DNA from: Scyliorhinus canicula
Lineage: Eukaryota
Assembly (NCBI RefSeq): GCF_902713615.1
Contig: NC_052162.1
Span: 93,320,559-93,384,558 of the forward strand
Length of the DNA stretch: 64,000 bases
Direction: 5' to 3'
Shown here in pieces: positions 48,904 to 61,087 of the stretch (position 1 is the first letter of the stretch; each line of letters opens with the position of its first letter). The position numbers and the translations under genes are program-made. The notes under the pieces are model-generated. The model did no database searches, had not been told where the DNA came from, and worked only from the letters and a program-made list of their open reading frames with translations.

Positions 48904-49229
48904 TCATAGAATTCCTACAGTGCAGCAGGTGACCATTCAGCCCATCGTGTCCTACCTAGGCCCAATTCCCCACCTGTCCCTGTAACCCCACCTAACTGCA
49001 CATCTTTGAACACCAAGGGGCAATCTGGCATGGACAATCCACCTAACTGCACATCTTTGAACACCAAGGGGCAATCTGGCATGGCCAATCCACCTAACTG
49101 CACATCTTTGGACTGTGGGAGGAAACCGCAGCACCCAGAGAAACTCATGCAGACGTGGGGAGAAAGTGCAAACTCCACACAGTCGCCCGAGGACGGAATT
49201 GAACCCGGGTCCCTGGCACTGTAAGGCAG
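48904..49229 (-). mobile_element. HE1-like V-SINE with internal 51-bp tandem duplication
   Basis: CCACCTAACTGCACATCTTTG at 48988, 49039 and 49090. Confidence 0.88.
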
Positions 49230-49464
49230 GGAAGGATGTGGTAATGCAGGGGCAAGCCCTCGCAGTCTACATGACCGGCTCAGGCCCTATCACACGGAAC
49301 ACGCAAACTCCGACCAATGGGAAACCAGCGCAGGGCACAGGGAGCAGGGCCCTGGGCAGAGTGGACCCTGGAGTCAGAGAGTGAAGGCCTGTTTAGCGAT
49401 TCTGTGCCTGTGTCTAACTTGTTACCAATAAACCCTTGTTTAGTTAGGAAACTCTTCCTAGTAT

Positions 49465-50735
49465 TGCCTCAAGGTTAAATATGGGCAAGGAAACCTCCTG
49501 CTGAATCCCACTTACTGGACACCATCAGCAGATGAATCAGTATTCCTCCATGTTGAACATCACTTGGAGGAAGCACTGAGTGTGGCAAGGGCACATAATA
49601 TACTCTGGGTGGGGGACTTCAATGTCCAATACCAAGAGTGGCTCGGTAGCACCATCACAGACTGAGCTGGCTGGGTCCAAAAGGACATATCTGCTAGACT
49701 GGTACAGAGAGAAAAATATACTTGACCTTATCCTCACCAACATGCCTACTGCAGATGCACCTGTCCATGACAGGATTGGTAGAAGTGATTCCCGCACAAT
49801 CCTTGTGGAGACAAAGTCCCGTCTTGACATTGAGGATTTCCTCAATCATGTTGTGTGGAACTACCACCGTGCTAAATGGGATAGACTTCGAACAGATCTA
49901 GCTACTCAAGACTGGGCAACCATGAGACAATGTGGGCCTTCAGCAGCAGCAATCTACAACATCATGGACTGGCGTACATTCGTGCCACTCAAATGCCAAG
50001 CAATGACCATTTCCAACAAGAGAAGATCTAACCATCGCCCCTTTTCATTCAATGACATTACCATCGCGGAATCCCCCATAGTCAACATCCTGGGGCTTAC
50101 CATCGATCAGAAACTGAACAAGAGTGGCTAAATGTCGTGGCTACCAGGGCAGGACTACCAGGGTAGTCCTACAGCGAGCAACTGACTTCCTGACCCCGCA
50201 AAGCCTGCCCACCATCTGCGAGGCATAAGTCAGGTGTGTAATGGAATACTGTCCACTTGCCTGGATGAGTACAGCTCCAACAACACTCAAAAAGCTCAAC
50301 ACCATCCAGGTAAAGTAGTCCACATGATTGCTCCCCCTTCCACAAACACTCAAAATCTCCACCACTGATGAACAGTGGCAGCCATATATACCATGCACAA
50401 GATGCACCGCAATAATTCACCAAGGTTCCTTGGACAGCAGCTTCGAAACCTACGACCGCAATCATCTAGGACAAGAGCAGCTGATACTTGGAAACCACGC
50501 CATCTGTAACTTCCCCTCCAAGTCACTCACCACCATGACTTGGAAATATATCACTGTTCCTTCACTGTCGAAATCCAGGAACTCCCTCCCTAACAGCATT
50601 GTGGGTGTACCTGCACCTTAAGGACTGCAGCGGTTCAAGAAGGCAGCTCACCACCACCTTCTGAAGGGCAACTAGGGATGGGCAATAAATGTTGGCCTAA
50701 TAAATGATACCCATATTCTGTAAATGAATTTTTAA
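49465..50735 (+). mobile_element. Internally deleted CR1/L2-group LINE (APE fragment joined to 3' end)
   Basis: GTGGGGGACTTCAATGTCCA (GDFNV), NILDLILTN, YHRAKWDRLRTDL; 3' end GGGCAACTAGGGATGGGCAATAAATG. Confidence 0.85.
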
Positions 50736-51397
50736 AATCTGGAACTTTGACTTAAAAGCTAGTCTCAGTAATGGTGAGTGTATGGGCTGCACACCCTTTG
50801 CCTTCTTACCTTCGTCAGCCATCCAGTCAAGCCTTTTCACTCTCTTTTACCATCTGGTGGTGGTGAAGGTCCCAGTGGAGGAATCTCAATGCAGGAGACC
50901 TCCTTCTTACCATTGAGGATCTGGGGTGGAGGATCTTGCATCCATATAACCATAGGATGAGCTGGTTTGCAAACTCCCAGATGCCAGTGTTCTTTGCAGC
51001 TTGGCATAGTCTGTGGACCACGTTTATGTTAGTTCCAATAAGCTACTGCCTCTTTTTAGTTTTTTGAAGTGGCTTAATTTTTAATTGCACTTCAGTCCCA
51101 CGCTCTTGATCTCAGGACACTAGGTGTGGGGAGGGGATGGGAAGGGAGGACAACCTCTTTGAAAGCTTGCTCCTTGGTCTGGTCAAGCTGCCCACTAACG
51201 GGTCTAGGCAGTGGTGTCTGAAGGGATCATCTGACCCAATTGTCTACCTCTCTTCCATGGCTATGTTCATGGCCAGATGTCCTTGGAGAGTATTGGATGT
51301 CAGATAAGCAGTCTGCTTGTTTAGCCAGTCAACGAGCTGAGAGAGTTGACAATGTGATAGAGCTGATAGACACCAGTAAACATATAAAACCCAACAC

Positions 51398-51749
51398 TGC
51401 ACATGGTAGCATAGTGGTTAGCACAGTTGCTTCACAGCTCCAGGGTCCCAGGTTCGATTCCCGGCTTGGGTCACTGTCATTGCAGAGTCTGCACGTTCTC
51501 CCCGTGTCTGCGTGGGTTTCCTCCGGGTGCTCCGATTTCCTCCCACAGTCCAAAGGTGTGCAGGTTAGGTGGATGGACCATGCTAAATTGCCCTTAGTGT
51601 CCAAAAAAAAGGTTAGATGGGGTTACGGGGATAGGTGGAGTTGTGGACTTTGGTAGGGTGCTCTTTCTAAGGGCCAGTGCAGACTCGATGGGCTAAATGG
51701 CCACCTTCTGCACTGTAAATTCTATGAAAATCTATGAAATCTATGAAAT
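51398..51749 (+). mobile_element. HE1-like V-SINE, (TCTATGAAA)n tail
   Basis: Full consensus match to the other copies. Confidence 0.93.
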
Positions 51750-52489
51750 GGTGGCAGCAAAGGGCATCAAGTAGTTGACAACCGGGGTGGGGGGGGGGGG
51801 GGGGGGGGATGGAGGGGAGAGACACAAGAATCTTTGGGGAAACTGGTGGTAACAATTTAGGAGCAGGAAGAGAAACCATTAAGAGTGATACTCTTCCTAT
51901 GCTTAGATAGACAATAATGGAACCAGGTATGTGTAGTCCAGGCAAGTGGACAACACTGTCATGGTGTGGTCAACCATATTAAAGGCTAGTCCGGAAGGTT
52001 GAGGAGGGAAATCTTATCTTGGTCACAGTGACACTGGATGTAATTTGTGACTTTGATAAGGTTTTGGTACGGGTAGAACCCTAATTGGAGACATCCAAAC
52101 ATGAAATTAATGGAAAGATGGGCATTGGATTAGGAGGTGACAACATGTTCAAGGGTTTCGCAAAGGAACGGGAGGTTAGAGGTAGGACAATATTTTGCAA
52201 GGATGGTAGGGTTACATTTAAAGCAGAGGTTGATGATGGCAGTTTTAAAGGAGAGAGAGACACCACTTGAAGGGAGAGAATCATCAACATAGCAGCTAAC
52301 ATGCTCACTGTTGGGGCTGCTTTCCAATTCAATTTACTTTTGTTAGTTTAAGCATAAGTCTCAGTTGTAACAACCTGAGAAGATATTTGTCTTTAATGAG
52401 CTTATGTTGCACAATCTAGCATTATTGCTCTGTCAAAACATCCACTAATGATTCCACTATAATAATATTGTTCTTGTTATATTGTTCTT

Positions 52490-52705
52490 TATCATGGTTT
52501 GTGATGCAAAATAAGGCCAGCAGCGCAGGTTCAATTCCCATACTGGCTGCTGAGGTTATTCATGAAGGGCCACCTTCTCAACCTTGCCCCTCACCTGAGG
52601 TGTGGCGATCTTCAGGTGATCTGGGACCTTAAGCCATCCCAGTCAGCTCTCCCCCTCATAGGGGGAAGCAGCCTATGATCATCTGGGTTTATGGTGACTT
52701 GACCT
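52490..52705 (+). mobile_element. Type-B SINE
   Basis: Head GGCCAGCAGCGCAGGTTCAATTCCC shared with the short SINE; different tail. Confidence 0.78.
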
Positions 52706-52849
52706 GACCCATTATTCTTTATTATTGAGCTCACGGTTCACTATCAACCTCCAAGAAATGTTTGTTACTGCATACCTAATCAAACTATATCTCGAAAGTC
52801 TTCCTGATTCCAAAAAACACATAATAAGGCTAAGTAGTCACAATATTAA

Positions 52850-53026
52850 GGGGCTGGTTTAGCACACTGGGCTAAACAGCTGGCTTGTAATGCAGAACAA
52901 GGCAGCAGCACGGGTTCAATTTCCGTACCAGCCTTTCCGAACAGGCACCAGAATGTGGTGACTAGGGGCTTTTCACAGTTACTTTATTGAAGCCTACTCG
53001 TGACAACAAGCAATTATTATTATTAT
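52850..53026 (+). mobile_element. Short tRNA-headed SINE, (ATT)n tail
   Basis: Full-length family copy. Confidence 0.9.
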
Positions 53027-53204
53027 CAGCTCCCTAATTAAAAATAAGAAGAATTTTATTATAATCTATAACTTTGAAGATTGCATGCGACTAACAGGAA
53101 ACAATGGATAACCTATTTAACTCATTAATTTGTAAAGCCTTTGGAATTTGTTTAGTGTTGTATAATTCAGGAGCTATTTTTGATGATTTTATCTTATGAA
53201 GTCA

Positions 53205-53352
53205 GTCTCTCCTATCTCCCTGCCACTTCTTTATCCTTCTATCTCTCTACTTCCTTTTTTTCTGTTGTCCCTCTTCCTTTAATTCTCTCTGTATCTCTTT
53301 TTTTCTTTTTACTCCTTTTTCTCCCTTCTCCTTCTGTCTTTCTCTTTTTCCC
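53205..53352. repeat. CT-rich polypyrimidine low-complexity tract
   Basis: About 150 bp, predominantly C/T. Confidence 0.85.
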
Positions 53353-53431
53353 AATGTAGCCTTAAGTACTTGTAACTCAAAGCACAGCTCAGTAAATCTG
53401 CATGCAGCACTTACACTCGATATATTTCATC

Positions 53432-53447
53432 CCACCAGAGGGTGCTG
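53432..53447 (+). promoter_or_regulatory. Candidate CTCF motif
   Basis: CCACCAGAGGGTGCTG versus the core CCACCAG(A/G)GGGCGC, with one CpG-type transition; sequence match only. Confidence 0.35.
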
Positions 53448-54247
53448 CTGTAACGCTGGGAAAAACATGGAATACAAACACACACTTACGGCTGAATTTT
53501 ACGCAGGGCTGAGTCCCATTGGGGCCTTTAATGGGTTTGAAATATTCCACCCCATCGGAGAGGAAGATTCACCTCCAAGGGCTGCCAGCAGTGGCTTAAT
53601 AGTGTGCCCCTGGAAACAAAATTTCAAGTAATCTGGGTATTGTTGAGGCCAGGCTGGCAACTCAGGTGAAGGGTGAATGGGGCAGGTCAGACCAGCTTCC
53701 AAAAGTACGGGTGGGAGGGAAAACCCATCAGGGAGATTACATTATAGGGTGAGCCTCAGAAGGGTAAATGGTGTCCAGATAAGAGGCACCTGCACCAAAT
53801 CCTTGGTGGGGTCACAAAGCTGAGAGATGAATGTGAACCTCGCCCTCTGTGTGTGAAATACCAATGAGGGCACAGCGTCACTGGCATGATGCTGAATTTT
53901 ACAAGCCCTCACCCGCAGGACATCCTGAGCGCTATGAAAGTGAGCCTTTTGTTTTGTGCAGAGCTCTGTTTAAGGCCCTTGGGCCTATTGGCAATCCAGA
54001 CAGCTATGGAAAAAGCAAATCATCTGGGACAGCACAACGCTCTCTCCACAAATGCATTTTTCCTTCCTGAATGAATTGTCCCAGTAGTTAAAGGTCTTAG
54101 AAATACACACTTTACATGAATGCATTAAGGTTAAAGAATCTTACAAGTTCAACATGCTGTGCCTAGTGTCATATAAAGCACTTTGAACATTGATTCTCTA
54201 CCACCTAGGTTTATGTTGAGAAATTTTTCAATGTTTTCCTTTCACAG

Positions 54248-54263
54248 AAATGCATTGGACTGA
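54248..54263 (+). CDS. Candidate terminal coding exon (K)NALD-stop
   Basis: Strong acceptor TTTTCAATGTTTTCCTTTCACAG, phase-compatible with exon 10336-10439; ATTAAA at 54291. Confidence 0.3.
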
Positions 54264-55001
54264 TCTTGTCAGCAGAAAATAGGGTGCACCATTAAAACAC
54301 TTCTCGGCTCCTTAGAGCTTGAACATAATTGCAGCATGACTTTCCAGAAGTGTGAGCTGATGACAGAGTTACATGGACAATAGGGAATGTGGGACCACAG
54401 TGAATGACAGAGCCAACAGTGTATCTCCTTAGGGCAATGAGATTTAAGATTGAGAAGGAAACAAAGTATGACAGGGAAAGAAAGCAGGATGAGTTTAAGC
54501 CAAAACCGGTCCAGGAGGTTCATCAACCAGAGGACTCAGATTTAAGAAAATTAGCAAAAGGAGTGAAGGACAAGATGAGGAGATTTTGTTTGCCACTGCC
54601 AGCTGTTATGGTCTGGAATGACTGCGCTGAACGTGTGGGGGAGCAGATTCATTCTGCATTTTAAAAAAGGGAGTTGCTTGAGAAAAACAAAGGATTCACA
54701 GTCTTGTGGGGAAAGAAAATTGAGGAGTGGAACTGATTTGAGTACAATAGGCCGAAACGCTGTCCTCTGTACAGTTTGATTCTATGATTCAGTTTGGCAT
54801 GTGTTTTGGACTGTACCATTTCATAAACTTGGATCAATTATTTGTCAAAACATCTTCTAAGGGTGCACTTTGCATGGTGATATGCTACAACAGATTTATT
54901 TTCAAAAAGGTTATTTGTTGATATATGCAAAATATAAATAATTACCACAACACCTGTCATTGTTTGGCAATGCAGGGCTTGATTGTTGCTGAAAAAGGCG
55001 G

Positions 55002-55076
55002 CATGTCAAAGTTTTTCATCTTAACTCATCAGCATACGTCTGTTCTGATGAGGGCAAGATGAAAAACTTTGACATG
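55002..55076. repeat. Inverted repeat of Penelope-type hammerhead-like motif
   Basis: Perfect 21-bp arms plus CTCATCAG/CTGATGAG; 12-nt loop. Confidence 0.85.
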
Positions 55077-56199
55077 TCTCTTTTTTTCAATGACACTTGC
55101 CCTGGGAGGGTAGAAAATTGTACAAATGTATGTTATTAATGCAGTATTGTATTGCAGGAAAGTACATTTCACTCAGTGATGGAATGATTTTTAAACAGAA
55201 AGCTGTTTTTATGTTGCAGCAAAACCATGGAAAACAGCCCAAGACGAAAAATGAGAGGAACAGTCATTGGTGTAACCAAGATAAGCAACACAGCTGAAAG
55301 GGGAGGTTTCAATAAGGCTCTGTAAGGTAGAGGAGGAGTAAGCAGATGAGGGGCTTCGAGAGGGAGTTCGAAAGGATTTAGCAATGACAGGGAGGAGACT
55401 GAAACACAGAAGGTCAGAGTGAAAGAACTGACAAGCCCCAGAGGAGAAGTTAAAGTGGGATAATCCTGCCCAAATCAAGTGTAAATAAAGGGTCTGAGAA
55501 CAAAAGTGAGGATTTTCAGTTCAATTTGATGTGGAGTTAAAGTCAGCCAAAGGGATTCAATAGGGTAGATGCAGATAAACTTTTGTTTTGTTTGGTGGGC
55601 TAACCCATTTAGGGCTAAAATGAGGAAACACAGAGAGCAGTCGAAATCTAGAACTCCATCCCCCATGAGGCTGAGGATTCTGGGACAAATTAAAAATTCA
55701 AGGCAAGGTGGAGTCAATGTAAAGATCAGTTGTCATCTTATTGAATGATGGAGCAGGTTCAATGGCCCCCCCCCTATTCCTAGCTTCCTACTGGTAGTGT
55801 ATAGATTAGCATGAATAAGGGCAGTGAAGAGCGATGAAGTTCAGGATGGGGTTTCTGGAATACGGGGCCATAAAGGAGAGTATGGAGAAACACATTCCAA
55901 GCTGCTGAATGCATGGCTAGTGTTTTCAGCGATGGTAGTGGTTATGGGATGGAGCAGGTGTTGAACAATGTTCTGGAAACAGTTGATGGATATCATGTGG
56001 AGATTGAAATTCATATCTATCTTGAAAATATAGCCAGCATTTTGCACAGCACATTTCAGTTGCAAGAGGGTAGGAGTCAGTGGTAAGATAATGGTATTAG
56101 TGGTGGGAGACATAATGTACATTGATCCTCCTTATTTTCAGTTGGAGGAAATTGTTTGCCTCATCCGTGACTTCATGCCAGCTGAGCAGAGGTGGTCAC

Positions 56200-56521
56200 A
56201 GAGTCATAGAATCACTACTGTGCAGAAGGAGGTCATTCAGCCCATCAAGTCTACACCAAACCTCCGAAAGAGCACCCTGCCCAGGCTCACTCCTCCACCC
56301 TCTCCCTGTAACCCCACCTAATCTTTGGACGCTAAGGGATAATTTAGCATGGCCAATCCACCTAACCTGCACATCTTTGGACTGTGGGGGAAATCCGGAA
56401 AAATCCCACGTAGACAGGGAGAGAATGTGCAAACTTCACACAGTCAACCAAGGTCAGAATTGAATCCGAGTCTCTGGCGCTGTGAGACAGCTGTGCTAAC
56501 CACTGTGCCACCGTCATGCCC
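56200..56521 (-). mobile_element. HE1-like V-SINE
   Basis: Family consensus match. Confidence 0.9.
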
Positions 56522-57049
56522 AGTGTGTGGTCATGGGACCAAGGGAAATGGTCAAGAGATAAATGTGGTTATCAACATTCTGACCCCACATTTACAGATG
56601 ATGTCAATAAGGCAAAACATATAGATGGGGAACGGGTGAGGAATGAGGACTCTTCAACTGATTTGATGGTCTCAGGAAGCAAGATCTCCATTGACGCAGA
56701 TGCGTTGGAGAATCACATAGCTGAGCTTAGAGGAGAGGGCTATAATGATCAAACCTGCATTGGTTTGTCTACAGGTTCCTTCACATTTGGAAGAAGCATC
56801 ACACCTGAGACCACAATCTGAATCCCTAGTGCCTGAAGAGGGTAATCTAGGATTTCTGACTATGTTACACAATGTGACTAAATTGGGAGAGAGAAAGAAG
56901 AAACATGTGTTGAAAACATTAGAGCAGAAGGACAGTTCAGGATGTGTGGCCAAATACTTGTTTGCTAAGCAAACACATGGCACGTAAGGATCGAATTGAA
57001 CCAAATATTTAGCTTTGAGATTCTAATGTGGCCATTCCTGTGATCTGGC

Positions 57050-57710
57050 TGTAAGGCAGTCAGGACTGAGGGCTAAATATAACCGATTACAGGGCCTACT
57101 GGAAGCTTGTATAGGTTGCTAAAGTGGGAGTAGCCTTAGTGGTTACAGATTAAATTACTTCAATGATGAAAGAGGAAATAACTGGAGGTGAGAAGGCTGT
57201 GGAGACTGTACAAGCAAATTAACAGAAATGTAGAAAATAATAGCACTAAAGTATGACAGATCCCAGGTGCAGATTCTTTCCATCCCATGGCCTAAGTGAA
57301 ATTAGATGATTGCACATGCCCTAGCTATAAATGCCCAACAGTCTCTTAATTCAGGAACCATTCCTTCATCTTGGAAAATACATGTCACTCTGCTGGTTAA
57401 CAAAGGTGAGAGACAAAAACATTTATTTCAAGAACTTATTTGTGTCAGTAATTTAGAATAGAACAATGAACACATTGAAAATGTTCAGCTGGTCACAGAA
57501 TTGCTTAAGGGAGCTCATGCCTGATGAACCTGGCTGATTTATTTTATCAAAGAGGCAATTGAAATAGTGGACAGGGGGAGTTCTATGGATCTTATTGGTA
57601 TAGCCTTCCAGAAAGCTTTGAGCAAATTACCTCATTGGAGGGGATTAGATAACGCTGATGCTCATTAAATTGAAAGAAAGTTATTGGCCTTATTATGATA
57701 TTGGCTTGTT
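57050..57710 (+). mobile_element. Highly degraded CR1 RT fragment
   Basis: TCCCAGGTGCAGAT, CTTCCAGAAAGCTTT (FQKAF), AAATTACCTCAT. Confidence 0.65.
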
Positions 57711-57883
57711 CTGGACTTCCGGTGGCGGATATGAAGGAGTAACACGCACATTTGGTGGCTCCCTCTCTGGTTGGACTTTTGGACCTTTCCCCCAGACTTT
57801 ATTTCTGGTTTTAAATGGTGAATTCAAAGGCTGAGGCAATTGGGCATCATTTCCACGTATCGGTGTATGGAGAAAAGAACCAG

Positions 57884-58345
57884 GGGCGGGATTCTCCGAC
57901 CCCCCACCGGGTTGGAGAATCGCCGGGGGCCGGCGTGAATCCCACCGCCACCATCTCCCAAAGTCTCCGGCACCAGAGATTCAGCGGGGACGGGAATAGC
58001 GCCACGCCTGTCGCCCCCCTCCCCCCCAGGGATTCTCCGGTCCGCAATGGGCCGAAGTCCCACCGCTGTCATGTCGGTCCCGCCGACGTGAATCAAACCA
58101 TCTACATTACCGATGGGATCAGGTGGCGCAGGCAGGCTCCAGGGTCCTGGGTGTGAGGGGTGCCCCCATGGTGGCCTGACCCGCGATTGGGGCCCACCGA
58201 TCGGCGGGCGGGCCTGTGCCGTGGTGGCACTCTTTTCCTTCCGCGTTTGCCATAGTCTTCACGATGGTGGAGGCGGAAGTGACCCCCTCCCCAGCGCATG
58301 CGCGGTGATGACGTCAGCAGCCGCTGACGCTCCGGCGCATACACG
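57884..58345. mobile_element. Harbinger-like MITE (left part) in the L1 5' region
   Basis: AAC-CAG then GGGCGGGATTCTCCG; right end lost together with most of L1 ORF1. Confidence 0.8.
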
Positions 58346-58349
58346 GACT

Positions 58350-58551
58350 ATACCAGGGCCTGAGTGTGGAGGTGGCTAGGAAAAGGGCAGGCTTCAACCA
58401 AGTTAAGTCAATCTTCTTCAAGAAACAGGTGAAGTTTGGACTTCTGTATCCGGCTTGTCTTTGGGTCACATATGAGGACCAGCATCAGTATTTTGAGTCG
58501 CCCAAAGATGCGCTGGGCTTTGCGAAAAGAAAAGGACTAATGGGGGGCTGA
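58350..58551 (+). pseudogene. L1 ORF1 C-terminal domain remnant
   Basis: EVARKRAGFNQVKSIFFKKQVKFGLLYPACLWVTY. Confidence 0.85.
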
Positions 58552-60706
58552 GAACTTTCAAATTTTGAGGCAACTTGTTGTCTTATATTGGGCCCCTTTC
58601 TTGTTTAAATTTGTTTGTTCTCTTATTTTTTTCTCTTCTGTTTTTGAGTTCTGTTTAAGAAGAGGGGGAAAAGCATTTTTGTCTTCGGGTTTTCTTTTCG
58701 GTGGATGTTGGCAATATTTTTTTTGTTGATGTGCACTTTTATGGGATGGAGACGTGCTTGATTGAGTTTCGGTGGGTGGTGCTTCTTTTTGCAGCTGGGT
58801 GATTGTGTGGGGATTGTTAGATGAGGGAATTTGTTTATCCGAGTGGAGGGGAGGGGAGCGAGGGAACAATAGGTGGGGAGACCTTTTGGCGTCGGGGTGG
58901 GGGCCACCAAGCTAGCTATGTGAGCTAGCTCACGGAAGCACAGTGGGGGGTGTGCATATGTTTAGTTTACTATATGGGTTAGGTTTTAGAGTAGTGTTGC
59001 TTGGGAGGGGGGAGGGGGGAGTGGTTCTGCTGACGAGGGAGGGACTTCGGTGGAGGGACAGCGAGGAGGTCGGTGTGGGGGCCGCCGGGGGAGGGCCGGA
59101 GGAGGCGCGGCACATGGGCTGGAGGCGGGCCCAAGAAAGGGGATGGCTTATCGGCGGAGGGGGGGGGGCACTTTGCCCCCCAACTGGGCTGATCGCCTGG
59201 AATGTTCAAGGGTTAAAAGGGCCGGTTAAGAGGGCATGTGTGTTCGCGCACCCGAGGGGACTGAAGGCGGATGTGGTAATGCTGCAGAACACGCACCTTA
59301 GAGTAGTGGACCAGGTTAGATTAAGGAAAGGCTGGGTCAGTCAGGTTTTCCACTCAGGCTGGATACAAAGACTAGAGGTGTTGCAATCTTGATTAATAAG
59401 CGGGTGATATTTGAGGTGGGTAGAATAGTTTCGGATGTAGGGGGTCGATATATTACGGTTAATGGTAAGCTGGGGGGGATGAACGTAGTGCTGGTTTATT
59501 TTTATGCACCAAATTGGGATGATGTGTAATTTACAAAGAGGATGTTGGGGAACCTGGATTCACACAAACTGTTCATTGGAGGGGACTTTATTGATCCCGG
59601 GTTGGATCAGTCATGCTCGAAAACGGGGAGGGTGCCAGCAATGGCAAAGGAACTGAGAGGGTTCATGGAGCAATTTGGGAAAGGGGGGGGGGGGGGGGGA
59701 TCCCTGGAGATTTAGGCAGCTAAGTGCAAAGGAGTTTTCCTTCAACTCCCATATGCATAAGGTATACTCTTGGATCGATTTTTTTGTATTGGGTAGGGCC
59801 TTGCTGCCAGGGGTGGTGGACACGGGGTATTCGGCAATTACGATCTCGGACCATGCGCCACACTGGGTTGACCGGCAGGTTAGAACAGATAGCAATCAGC
59901 ACCCGCAACGCAGTTTGGATGTAGGGCTATTGCCGGACGAAGCAGTGTGCGAGAGGCCGAGGAAATGCATTCTGAATTACCTGCAGGTAAATGATACGGG
60001 GGAGATCTCAGCAGCGGTGCTCTGGGAAGCGCTGAAGGCAGTGGTGAGAGGAGAGCTGATCTCGATCCAGGCTCACAGGGACAGGACAGACAGGGCAGAG
60101 ATGGGCCGACTGGCAAAAGAGATTCTACAAGTCGACAGGAGGTACGCGGAGATTCCAGAGATAGGGCTTTTAAGGGAACGGCGGAGGCTACAGGTGGAGT
60201 TTGGCTTGTTAACCACAGGGAGGGCGGTGGAGCAGCTGAGAAAGGTGAGACAGGCGATCTATGAGCATGGTGAGAAGGCCAGCAGGATGCTTGCACAGCA
60301 GCTCAGAAAGAGGGAGGCAGCTAGAGAAATAGGGAAAGTTAACAACGAGGATGGGAACTTAGTTGGGGACTCGGCAGGGGTGAGGAGGCGTTACGGGATT
60401 TTTACGGCAGGTTGTACAGGTCGGAACCCCCTGCGGGGCCGGAGGGGATGAGGCACTTCCTGGAGGGGCTGACTTTTCCGAAGGTGGATGGGGAGATGGT
60501 AGAAGTGCTGGGGGCCTCGATCGGGTTGGAAGAGATAGCGGAGGGCTTGAAGGCCATGCAATCGGGTACGGCCCCGGGACGGGACGGGGACCCAGCGGAA
60601 TTCTATAAAAAGTTCTCTGGCATATTGGGACGATTTCCCTGTTGAACGTAGATGCCAAACTGCTGGCCAAGTTTTTGGCCTCCAGGATTGTGTGCCGAAC
60701 GCCATC

Positions 60707-60887
60707 GAAATGAAATGAAATGAAAATCGCTTATTGTCACAAGTAGGCTTCAATGAAGTTACTGTGAAAAGCCCCTAGTCGCCACATTCCGGCGCCTGTC
60801 CGGAGAGGCTGGTACGGGAATCGAACCATGCTGATGGCCTGCTTGGTCTGCATTAAAAGCCAGCGATTTAGCCCAGTGAGCTAAACA
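60707..60887 (-). mobile_element. Short tRNA-headed SINE in L1
   Basis: Matches the 3278 copy. Confidence 0.9.
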
Positions 60888-61087
60888 GAGTTTGCTAAGG
60901 GCAGGCAGCTGGTGGCCAATGTAAGAAGTCTCTTAAACGTGATCATGATGCCCCGGAAAGTAGGGTGGTGGAGGTAGTGGTTGAGATTGATGTGGAGAAA
61001 GCTTTTGACTGGGTTGAGTGGGATTATTTATGGGAGGTTCTGTGGCGGTTCGGCTTTGGGAGGGGCTTTATTGACCGGGTCAGGTTA

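Larger units (their letters stand above)
45908..49460 (+). mobile_element. Old, internally deleted Gypsy-like LTR retrotransposon (LTR 45908-46084 plus 47822-47911; second LTR from 49237)
   Basis: Two related LTR-like segments (GGCAGAGTGGACCC.GGAG.CAGAGAGTGAAG; CTTGTTACCAATAAA), PBS-like TTGGAGACG at about 47914, and pol-end-like WKHVVHVR and RKSPDRLTL*. Confidence 0.6.
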
